Shown in pieces: positions 15,013-25,843 of a stretch of DNA of 64,000 bases. Position numbers and translations under genes: made by a program. This DNA comes from Vairimorpha necatrix (taxonomy: Eukaryota). The number at the start of each line of letters is the position of its first letter. Positions within the stretch are counted from its first letter, which is position 1. The stretch is taken from the NCBI GenBank assembly GCA_036630325.1, contig CP142737.1:124001-188000 (forward strand), written 5' to 3'. The notes under the pieces are model-generated. The model ran no database searches, had not been told where the DNA came from, and saw only the letters and a program-made list of their open reading frames with translations.

Positions 15013-15651
15013 TGGTGGAGAATAAAATTATTGAACCCAAACAAAAACAAAAGAAGAGATCGTAAGTTCCGTCGAAGCATGTCACGTAAAAAAATGCAGT
15101 CTAGGTTAGAAAGGGGATGGTTGGTTGTCTAACAGAAGAGAAGGTGATGGCTTGCATCAGTCGAGGGACCCGGATAGGTGAAGACGTAAAGTAGCTATAA
15201 AGAGCTATGGAGAAACAGTATTGACTGTAATAAGATCTGGCATAAGAGTTGTCGAGATTGAGTGTGGTGGTAATCCCACTATTCACATTAAAGCTATCGT
15301 GGCAAGATAGTTGAACTAATAGTGTTCAAAAATCCAGAGAGATTTAAAAAGAGAAAAAAATCAAAAAGAAACTGTGTTATAGTCGAAGAATGAGATATAC
15401 GGAAAAAATTCGATTTCATTGTTGGGAAGACATGTGTAAAGAAAAATCACATGCCCATAGACTTTATGTATTATAACAGGGAAAGAAAGTATCGCGAAGA
15501 CCAGGCTAACAGGGATAGTAAGACGCGGTAGAGTAAAGCGCAGCCCATGGTCAGTTAACATAAAAATGCACTTTTATTTTGAGAGCCCAGTAGTAGGCGT
15601 AGGAAGTAGTAAAGATAATTTCATCGCCCAATTCTGAATTTAGCGCGGGGA

Positions 15652-15706
15652 TGTTGAGAATATAGATTTAATAAATTTAACCCTTAACTTACAATTGTCT
15701 TTAACA
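15652..15706 (+). repeat. 3' LTR of TRIM (55 bp)
   Basis: Identical to 14958-15012. Confidence 0.95.
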
Positions 15707-17328
15707 GTGGCGATTTAACTCTTTTTATAGCCTTCCGTAATTTAATTTCCTATGCCTTTTATTTAAGCATGTCTTTCTTTCTGATCTTGTAATCTTCTTT
15801 CATTTTTCATTTTAATAAAGTTCCTTAACATGAGAGGAATTTAAATTTTGGTAAAAAAATCATACAGTCTTCTAATGCATTAAACTGCATATTAGAATTG
15901 ATATATTTGTTATATTTGTAGGAAGTGCTACATATGTCAAATATATGGTGTTATTGTTCGATATATTTGACATGTCGTTTCTTTAAATATTTTATAATAA
16001 TTAAAACCATGTTTTAATCCCACCAATATTGTATTTCTAGTAATTATTAGTGTCGTATCCTTCTATAAATATTATATATTTTCAACCCCATGCAATTCGT
16101 AAATAATAAAGCATTTGACAATTAGTATCAAATTAATATTAATTTTGATTTTAAGAATAAGGGTTTTCTGTCAATTCTGTTTGTTCATTTCGAAATTTAT
16201 TTTAAAGGGGTATTCTTTCAAATCTTCTATTATAAGTTGGCGGCCTTTTCCACAGACCGTTTGTTACAAGTTTAGTTTTATTTTCCGCCAGAACTGCTTT
16301 AATCAAATCCTTTTTAGAGTATTCTTGGATCCAAAACTTATATTTAGCTGCGAGAATTGATCTATGGTTCAGTACCTCGTAGGCTTTAATCTCAAAACTA
16401 AGCTTCTGGGGTTGAAGCATACCATAAATTTGTTTTCGGTTGTAAGTAATTTCTAGAGTCCCGACTATAATACTACATATTTATAAATTACTCTTTGTGT
16501 TTTTATTACGGACTACAATTTTGTTCTTTTTTCTGGCCATAGAATAATTTACGCCGTTTATTGCGTCAGATAGATTTAATTAAGATTGTCGACAGATATT
16601 TTATTTGCATCGTTGTGTTAACTATATATATTTTTTATACGCAAAAATTATATTATATCATTCAAGTCGTAATTTTCGAGCATCTCCGCATTTTTCCCCC
16701 ACTTTACTTAGCGCTTCATAAAAAGTAATAAAAAAATGAAAAAAGATAAAAATCAAAAATTTACATTCCGTAGTTGACGTGAATCTCATACTATTAATAT
16801 ATCTTATAAGCCTTATGGGTCAGTAATCCTGTGTTTTAGTCATTTACATTGTACTCAGCTTACGATGAATAAAATCATATGCCACTTATTAAATTTTTTT
16901 CGAAATGATCAAAAAAGATATGTTATATTTTTTTTATTATAAAACCTTGAAAACTATTTTAGAGAAATCTAAGTATCAATGATAACGAAAATTGAAGAGA
17001 ATAAGCATTTTAAATTCCCTTGTACACAATACTGTCTAATAAGTATAAACACGAAGAAAGCAAACCATATACACGAATTATTCTTAGGAAGTAAATTTAA
17101 TCAAAGATAATGATCTCATGGTTTAGTAATTGACTACATTATATAATTTCGGCAAGTATATGTTATACAGAACAGTTATAAATTTATTTTTAATTTAAAA
17201 CCTAAAGAAATTAATAAAAAGTTTAAATCTGTACAACCAAATTGTTAAATATCTCGTTAAATTATGTATACATACATACGAAATTTTTATTAATCTTTAG
17301 AAAAATATAAAAAATATATAAATTAATC

Positions 17329-18428
17329 GGCTCTAGGGCCTATTCCCGGGTATTTTTTTGTTTAAAGGTCCCCCCTTTAAACAAAAAAATTATAAAAAAA
17401 AAGAAATCTCAATTATTAATTTTGAATTAAAAGTTTTAAGAGAGTTAAAAGGGCGTCTTTATAGGCTTGGAATCATGAGTTTTTAAATTTCTTCTCCTCC
17501 AAACATATTCTTCTATATACTCTGGCATTGAATAACCTGGTATTCCTTTCCTCGTTTTGATGTCCGATTTGAAATGAGACCACTCACATACTATTAAATT
17601 AGTGTGGTCTCCATCAGCATTGGTGAATCCTTCCTCATGGTTCACGATTTTATGTACTCCGCCAATCCCACCAACAGCGTATGGATAGGATCTGTGCCCA
17701 TCTGTTTTTTATTACAGACATAGGACTAATATTTTCAGAGAAAAAGTCGAAGAATGTTTATTTTTATATTTTGTAAAACTTTAAGAACTAGTTTTCTAGT
17801 TTTTTCTTCTACTGCGCCAATTATCCAAGTAGCTTTACTAATTGAATCATACATTTCAGATGGTGACTTAATAAGTTTTCCTTTTATTATAACACTCTCA
17901 TCCACTTGTATTGGGTGCTCTGGCCCCAATTTCTCCCATATATTCTTATTATCTTCAGTTATTACTTCTATAATATTCCTTTTAATTCTTTTTATAGTAT
18001 TTAAAGAAACCGAAGTATTTTTATTAATATTATATTCATAATTTTTTTTGAACCATGAATATATTATAAACAAGTATTCGCTTGTGTCTATCTTTGGACT
18101 TGAAATTTTTAGCCCCTCAAAAACTGATTTGAATTTTCTACACAATAAGTTAGTACATCTGAATCGAAAACCGTTCGAATAAGAAATATCATGTTCCAAA
18201 ACCATGCTCTCATAACATTACGAGCATGTTTTAAATTCTTCAAGTAAGCCATGCCTTTGAATAAAGGCCATGGCTGCTTCATTTGAAAAAATGTCAGATC
18301 TCGAATTTCTTGGTTCTTCTTCAAAATTATTCATTTTTTAGGGGTTGTAAAAATTTCCCAGTTTAGGGCCTATTCCCGGGAAATGCCGTCTTTTTTACGT
18401 TCATTACCCGGGAATAGGCCCTAGCGCC
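17329..18428 (-). mobile_element. Merlin (IS1016/ISXO2-like) DNA transposon with frameshifted transposase
   Basis: 24-bp TIRs (17329-52 and 18405-28, 23/24 match) and 8-bp TSD AATTAATC (17321-28, 18429-36). Transposase motifs QVDES, WIIGAVE, TDGHRSY, VNHEEGF...HTNL are split over several frames; ATG ~18334. Confidence 0.93.
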
Positions 18429-18809
18429 AATTAATCTAATTTAAAAATTGAATTTATTATAATGGTATTAATTTATTAGATGTCATATTATTTTTAAAAT
18501 CTTTTTTTAAAGATTTTTGGGGGATTTTTATTATTGTTAATCATTTTATCAATTGGAATTGACTAATTCCATCATTATTTATTGAATATATGTAACAATT
18601 AAGATTTTGTAGTTATACTAAATACAAATAATTTCGTAATATCAATCATCGAGAAACTTTTTTCTAAATACTAGCGTGTTAGTGTTTATGTTCATTTCTC
18701 GTACCCTTCCCTTTGTAATATTTTAAATTAATGTTATTGAAACATCACAAATCACAAGTAATATTTTATAATATAATAAAGATGTTTAAAAGTTTTATTC
18801 ATAATTATT

Positions 18810-19160
18810 CTTGGCGTGTTTACCGGGGAGCTTGCCTGTAGCAAGGAAGCATTCAATGATGCTACGGTTTGGGGAGCCGTGAAACCCGGAGTTAAAAGAG
18901 TTAAAGGGAAAGGATTGTTTATTGTTATGAAAAGAGTTTGGCTTATCTGATTTGTAGAAGGAAGAGTGTTGTTTGCGTTCTGATGTTGTACCATGTTGTT
19001 TATGGAATTTCTCTATTTACATTACATAGTAACCAATAGAAAGAAATTAGATTTGGCTGACCAATAATAGTCGACCATAACTAATCGTTCCGAAGAAGCA
19101 TCAGCGTTTAAGTATTTATTGGTTATTATAAATCATGTGGTATGATCCATTATACCACAA
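18810..19160 (+). other. Candidate structured non-coding RNA island
   Basis: Four-way junction at 18823-18889, crossing long-range helices and a terminal 10-bp hairpin. G-U pairs favour the + strand. Confidence 0.45.
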
Positions 19161-19694
19161 TTCTTTTAGCGCTTTTTTATATTATTAGAATTTAAAGCAT
19201 ATTTAGAGGATACTATTATACATAAGTTCAGTTAAGGTACGTTAAATAAAAATACGACAATAAAATAATATTTAACGAGTTTGATTTTGTACAATGATTT
19301 TTAAATTAATTTCTTAAATAACGTTTTTAAAAAATTTTTATTACCATATTTTTTCGTTCATTTAAAACTTACAAAGGAGTCTAATATGTATTTGATAATT
19401 CTTATTTTTTTTAACATTCGATCAAAGATAATTATAATATTCTATTTATTTATAGTTTTCCAATAAAATAAAAAGTACATACAAAGTTTAAGCTTGCTTT
19501 TAAAAATTAAAAAAAGCAGTTTTGAATTGCTCATATTTTTATTTTTTGTTGTAATTAAAAAATTTAATTTTTCATTGTTAATTATATGTTCACAAATGTA
19601 AATTAAATAAATACTCTATTGTTTCTGCAGAAGAATTTTATAATAGTACTGTTTAATTTATTTTTATTTCTATTTCTTTTAAGAAGATTTGTAA

Positions 19695-19701
19695 CCCCCA
19701 T
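19695..19701 (+). promoter_or_regulatory. Microsporidian CCC-type motif before the start codon (example site)
   Basis: CCC lies within ~15 nt upstream of most ATGs in the window (e.g. 1254, 12857, 37159, 38840, 43404, 49668, 51289, 57824, 63347), a known microsporidian promoter-proximal feature. Confidence 0.75.
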
Positions 19702-20646
19702 ATGCTTCATCATATTTTTTTTACGATATGTACTGAAGTATTAATACAAACAAATGAGTCGAATTTGTTAGAATCGAACATTATACAACATGAAATTGAA
19801 AATGAGGCGACCTCTTCAACAGTCATAAATCAAAAAAATCTACCAATAAAAAAAAGGAAGAGATCATCAAGCAATGCGAATGATACAGATGAAAACTTAG
19901 CAGCACCTAGTTTATATAACAATCAAAAACTTTTTTATTATAATGATAATCCTAATTCATGCGCTAAACGTTCACGCGATGACCAAAAAATGCGTTCTGA
20001 GAGATTAAATAAAAATAATAAAAGAACACTTATTCTATTATACGAATGCATACTGGAATTAACTGAATTAAAAAATCAAATTATTTTATGGAATTATGAA
20101 GATTTAAAATTACAAAATGACACTTTGAAAATCAATTGTGATACGACAGCTAATGATTTTATGAATTATGATAAAAATAGGAAAATAATTGGTGAAATTT
20201 TTAGAATATCAAACATTGATTTGACTAAATACTTGACAAAATTAGCAACTGTTATTCAAAATGTTAATATCAATGAAAATTGCAAGTATTTGTTATGGGG
20301 ACAATTTCTTTATTACAAACTATGCATTCAATATATAACTAATATGTTGCCCAACAACATATACTATATTAACTGTAGCAAATTGTTGATTTGTATATAC
20401 CGTAAAGTATATAAACGACTCAGTATTCTAAAAAATAAGTTAAAAATAAATATAAAACATAGCAAATTTTTATTTAATTTGAAAAAGACATGTTCATGCC
20501 AATTAAATGTAAATGATATTTCTGCTATCGAGCACGTGGAAAGAACTATACTATACTTATTTGCAGAATTAGATTACATTGGCAAAAAGTGTAGCGATGT
20601 CATTTTAAATCTTAAAATTTTAAGAAATAAATATGGAATTAAATAA
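19702..20646 (+). CDS. Secreted-looking protein with NLS-like LPIKKRKR (314 aa)
   Basis: Intact ORF with ccccc before the ATG and a short hydrophobic N-terminus. Paralogs at 1254, 5658 and 24923. Confidence 0.85.
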   Translation: MLHHIFFTICTEVLIQTNESNLLESNIIQHEIENEATSSTVINQKNLPIKKRKRSSSNANDTDENLAAPSLYNNQKLFYYNDNPNSCAKRSRDDQKMRSERLNKNNKRTLILLYECILELTELKNQIILWNYEDLKLQNDTLKINCDTTANDFMNYDKNRKIIGEIFRISNIDLTKYLTKLATVIQNVNINENCKYLLWGQFLYYKLCIQYITNMLPNNIYYINCSKLLICIYRKVYKRLSILKNKLKINIKHSKFLFNLKKTCSCQLNVNDISAIEHVERTILYLFAELDYIGKKCSDVILNLKILRNKYGIK

Positions 20647-21017
20647 TAAACACATCAACATATTTTAAGATCACGAAAATTAAGAATGCATTTTATTTTT
20701 TAAATACTAAGAGGTAATAACTTTATTGGAGTTCTTATTTATCATAAGTATAATTGATCTTTTTTATATGTGTATATAATGTTTGCTATGATATAAACAC
20801 AATGTCAAAACATGTTCTACTATTAGTATAAATTCATAAAGTTTAACTGTTTTGTGATATATGGTCTGAAACCAATCACAAAAATTTATTTTTAAATTTA
20901 TAATTAATTGATTGGTTATCGCTTTTAGCAAATCGTAAATAACAAAAACTTCATAATAAACAATAAAGAAAGAGCACAATTTTAGATCAGATTGATTTTA
21001 ATAAAGATAACGAAGAT

Positions 21018-21805
21018 GGTGCCCTTAGCACAGTGGTAGAATGCAATGCTTCCATTGAGCAATGGCTGGGTTCGATTCCCGGGGGCACCAAAATTGTTTC
21101 TACTTCTATGATGCAGTTGGAACAACTCAGATGATGAAAATGTCCACGACTATCATTAAGTTGATTGAATGAAACGTGTGTGTGTTCAGCCACAAGGGGA
21201 TTAGCATCTAGTGTAGAAACGCACCTCAAAGCCAAAAAGCAGTATATCGCCCTTTGGTGACTTAATTATACATAAAAGTATCTAATGGGTACGGCCTAGT
21301 TGGAGCACATGCCCGGTGCACTCTAGAGTGAGATCCTAGAGCTAAAGAGAGACTAGACGAAGTAGGGCAATAGAAGGTCTCGTGGACCCTATCCTACATG
21401 ATTCTGTAACACGGTGGCCGAAACTAGTGGGAGACTGATGGTCAACGCAGCCCAATAAAAACGCCGGGCTGGGGATGTGGTCGTGTAAGGAGCCGTGTGT
21501 GCAATACGGATGATTGTAGGGACCTTTGAGTCAGTACGATGATGTCTCTCCTCGGGTTATAGATAACCATGCCCGTTAAGTATATCCGCTGTGAGGTCAC
21601 TCTGGACGCGATTTGAGGTATAAATGGAAAGTGTTCTCCTGGAGCCAAAGTCCAATGGATACGTCGAAGCTTGCTGCCCCGGCAAGTTGTATGGAGGGAG
21701 TTTTAGTGAGTAAGAATCTCACAGTGCCAGTCGGATGAGAATCCCACCCAAATCCCTCTGGTCCCTATGTAAGGTTTCTCCCTATCTCTTACTTGCAAGA
21801 AAAAA
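21018..21805 (+). mobile_element. tRNA-headed SINE-like retroposon, copy 1
   Basis: tRNA-like head 21018-21090 (GGTGCCC/GGGCACC acceptor stem, A-box TAGCACAGTGG, B-box GGTTCGATTCC), A-rich tail and 15-bp TSD AAAGATAACGAAGAT (21003-17, 21806-20). Collinear diverged copy at 54269-55027. Confidence 0.9.
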
Positions 21806-24800
21806 AAAGATAACGAAGATTAGAACCCCAATTAAATCAAGACATTTTGTATATTACAAAAAATAAAGATTTTAAATCAATTTTAAAATGTTTAAATTAT
21901 TCGATGCTTATATTTTCTTTTAGGTTAGAAGTTTTAGCACTTAGAAATCTAAAATTTTTCAAAGAAACTAAGTTTGTGATTCACATAGTTTTTAAGATGC
22001 AAACTTCAATACAAAAAGTATTTGTAACTTAAAACAAATACTAAACTGATATGAGGTGATTATTTCTCTAACTATAGGTTTAATTAATGCAAAACCTAAA
22101 ATATGAAATATAGAATAATTCAACTACAAAAAATCCTTAAATTATTCGGCAACAATAAAAAACACACAATAAACCCCTGTTATATTTTTTTTGTACATAT
22201 CAAACATTTTTATATAATTTAATACCTAATTTTCAATTCTCAATAAGGATGTTTTTCTTTCAATTATGTAATTACCACACGGTAAAACATCATTACTTAT
22301 TTTATTGCAATTTTAATTTTGAGGTATCAATTTTTTTCAGCTAACTCTTTCTTGTATTCGAGAAAAAAGACAAACAATTTGATGAAATGTTGGAAGCCGA
22401 ATGAAACCACTTCGGCTTATAGAATGTAAAACTAAAAACAACATCAAATATTATTATTAGCACTATTAAGGTAACCCGATCAAAATTAGTGACTTATATA
22501 GTTACATGAGAAGGTTTGGAATTGAGATTAATAGAAAAATATGGATGAACTGGAATTTTTATATTGCTTGAATCATACGAATAGTCCAACGTACTAAAGA
22601 GGGCGAGGAGACACACTCTTTGTATTGAAGACGAGAATTCGATCAGGATGATGCCTAAGAAGAGATAACTAATTGTTTAGTCACTAATGTAAGAGTAACT
22701 TTAAAAAAAGAGTTTTACGTGAAAGTTGAACCTGTTAACTATTTAAGTTTTTGAGTATAAATTTTGAGTAGCAAAAAATGCATATTCCGATTTTCATAAG
22801 CTTGACGAGGAAATAAAATTTAAATGTAAAACAACGTAATAAAACTGGCGATTTAAGTAATTTAGTACAATTAATAAATAAAAATTGAAAGACATAAATA
22901 TCAAAATCTTCACTTTTTAAAGAAATAGTATAGTTAAAACTTTATACTGTAATTCTGATGTCAAACACAATAACTTAAAATAAAAAAACATTCCAAATAG
23001 AATTAAAATTCCTTAAATATCATAGAAAATGTAAAAATAAAATTATACATAATGATTTTGATCTGTTAGATAAATGATTAATTATTTGCGTTTGTTTTTT
23101 TATTTCGATACTAAATTAAAACATTTATTAATGCTAATTCTTGAATTAATTCACAGCAGCGTCTTAATGTTTTTTTTTAAATTATTAACTACTATATTTT
23201 AGACAAGTTTGAATGTATAACTACATTAACCAACTTATTTGAAGCTCTATGTCCATATCATTTTCCTAATAATCAACATACAACTTAATCTTCGAGATTG
23301 AAATTTAGAAAAATTGATATAGTTGTTTTACAATAAATTATTCACTTTGGAAATCAAAATACTTATGTTTCCACGATATGTGATAAATTTTTGTTTCGAT
23401 TGTAATATTTTCTATTATCTCAAAGAATCCAATCTCTAGCATCATTCCATTAAGCGGACTCTATAAACATATAACATTGCTTGAATCTAGCTTGTTATTT
23501 ATGAGTCTTGTCCTCATTAATACATAAAGAAGTGATTATTGATACTACCCCAACACCGTAGTATCTTATATGTAATGGTTTAAATAGTCAATATCTTATA
23601 ATCTGCGTTAGATCTCCCTCTGCGTAATATTAAAGCTTTGAGTAATTATAGATTTGCCCAAGTATGTCTTAATATAATTTATTGTTGTGAAATCTCATAA
23701 TGTGACCTAAAAAGCTTTCACGACTCCAATAATTATAATGTCGATGTATTGTTTCATGATTCTTAATGAATATTGGATAATTTCCAGCTCCGAATCTTCG
23801 TTTAAAAGACTATGGAATGATCACAAGCAAGTAATTTGTTTCCGGCTATGTAACATTCGCCAAGAAAAAAACAACCCCGCATGATAAAACTTTTGATAAT
23901 AATTTGAAACCAAACTAAGAAGAAAACTATAATAGTAAAAATGCAAAATAAAAAAGTCTTTCTTTAAATGACAATTTTTTTACACCTAGCTCTCTTTTTC
24001 ACAATTATTTTTAATTTCAATGAATTTGCTAAAGTTTTTATTTGACAACTTGTATTTTTGATTGCAATTCTGTCCTTTTCAAATAACGTTTTATACTGAT
24101 ATTACTGAGCTGGCGGTTTTTTTAATTTAGCTACATACATGTACGTTTTTTGATTTTAAATGTATGTTTTGATATTTCTCCTTATAGATTCTTTTTTTAT
24201 TGATATTAAAATGATGATTTCTGATTATTTACAAGACAAAAGGAAAGTTCATGGTATTTGATAGTTTCCTGTTCATTTTTATATAGACTTCTTAAAAAGC
24301 CAATTTTTTAAGTTGGTATGTTTTTATTAAAATATAAATTTTGCATGAAAACAGCATAAATGTCAAGTTTTAGCTGTAATGACATGTATAAGCTTTCGTG
24401 AACTACGGAGAACTCTTTTAATGTTATATATATTATGTTCCATAATGAATTTATGTTATAATTCTTTTAGATTATTTTTTTTACAATTATCTTTGACAGT
24501 GAAATTGATTGAAAAATTTGACAGCACTTGTTTTGTAAATGTTAGTAATTAATAGTATATATATAGTATTAAAATTATATTACCTCGCTGTATCAATCAG
24601 AATAAACAAAAAATTATATTTTATTGTGATTTATCTAGTATCAATATGAAACTTCTTTGGTTATCATTTGAAGTTTTTTTTCTAAATTGCTGTTCTATTT
24701 TCTAGTATTTAAAACATATAATTGGTTGCTGCATTAAAACGAAACTCGACATGTGTAATTTAATTACATGTTTTGTTACTAGATTTTAACTCTATAAATT

Positions 24801-24922
24801 CAAAGAATCATAACTAATGTGTTTTAATGTAATTTAAATTAGATTTAATAAAATATGTAAAATAATAATTTTAATATTATATTTTTTTATGAATATAAAA
24901 GAATATTTTTTTGCCCCTTAAT

Positions 24923-25843
24923 ATGTTTATATACATTTATTTAGTAGTTTGTACTGAAGGTATAATACAAGCACAACAAAAAAAAAATTTGGATACGAAA
25001 TATTTAACACACGATTATCAATTCAACTTTACATTCGATGAAAAAACCCTTCCATTTAAAAAAAGAAAAATATATATTGGTGAACTAGATCTGATCCATT
25101 TAGACAACAACATGATAACAAATAGTGGCCATTGCGAATTGATGCCCAATTTAAAAAAAGAGGAAAATAAACCTTCTATTAAGCGTAAATATAGTTCTAC
25201 GACATACAACCCAAATAGAATAAAACAACCTGTAAATTCTAAGAATATTAATGAAATTGAACAATCTACATTTACCTATCATAAAACTTTATCAAAAAAA
25301 TTGGAAGATCAAATACTAGAGTGGGACAAAAAAGATAATAATAAAAAAACAACAAGCTATGTTTTACAAGGCAATAATACAATGGAAATCTTGGCATTCA
25401 ATAATAGCAAAAAAACCATTAACAAGCTATTCTCGGCGTTTTGCGCAGCATGTAAAATGCACTTTGATAAAATCTATTATGAAGTGAAAAATATTCCCCA
25501 AATGAAAGATCAATTACATTTTTTTAAGATTTGTTTTGAATATTTAGAAAAAATTTTGGGGAAAAAATTAAATTATAAAACAGAGAGTAAAAAAATAATA
25601 GCATTATATAATACTTTACCGCAAAGAATGAAAATTTTAAAAGAAGAATATTTGATAGTAGAAAGATTCGAAGTTTTCAAGTTTAATATCTCAAAACAAT
25701 ACACTAATAATAATGAAATTAAGGTTTCTTTGCAAGAAATATCACAAAATTTGCAAAAACTATTTAATAGTATACAACAAATTAAATATAGCAGCGCAAA
25801 AATAACAAAAAATTTGAACGAATTAATATTAAACAATAATTAA
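24923..25843 (+). CDS. Secreted-looking protein with NLS-like LPFKKRK (306 aa)
   Basis: ATG 24923 after gcccc. Hydrophobic N-terminus MFIYIYLVVCTE. Shares motifs with 19702 and 1254. Confidence 0.85.
   Translation: MFIYIYLVVCTEGIIQAQQKKNLDTKYLTHDYQFNFTFDEKTLPFKKRKIYIGELDLIHLDNNMITNSGHCELMPNLKKEENKPSIKRKYSSTTYNPNRIKQPVNSKNINEIEQSTFTYHKTLSKKLEDQILEWDKKDNNKKTTSYVLQGNNTMEILAFNNSKKTINKLFSAFCAACKMHFDKIYYEVKNIPQMKDQLHFFKICFEYLEKILGKKLNYKTESKKIIALYNTLPQRMKILKEEYLIVERFEVFKFNISKQYTNNNEIKVSLQEISQNLQKLFNSIQQIKYSSAKITKNLNELILNNN

Larger units (their letters stand above)
14958..15706 (+). mobile_element. Non-autonomous miniature LTR retrotransposon (TRIM), 749 bp
   Basis: Identical 55-bp TG...CA direct repeats (14958-15012, 15652-15706). 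5-bp TSD GTGGC (14953-57, 15707-11). PBS TGGTGGAGAAT directly after the 5' LTR and purine-rich GCGCGGGGA before the 3' LTR. No coding capacity. Confidence 0.93.

Noticed and set aside
14958..15706. CRISPR-like direct repeats
   Set aside because: Only two repeats 640 bp apart, with TSD, PBS and PPT, so these are LTRs; eukaryotic context
21018..21090. Functional tRNA gene
   Set aside because: Anticodon arm is irregular and ambiguous, there is no T-run terminator, and it is the head of a TSD-flanked repeat
21128..21190. Hammerhead ribozyme in the SINE (CAGATGA...GAAAC...GTY)
   Set aside because: CUGAUGA core is mismatched and stems I and III do not form
21490..21512. Group II intron domain V-like GAGCCGTGTG
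   Set aside because: Hairpin too short, with no AC bulge or domain VI, and the stem is broken in copy 2
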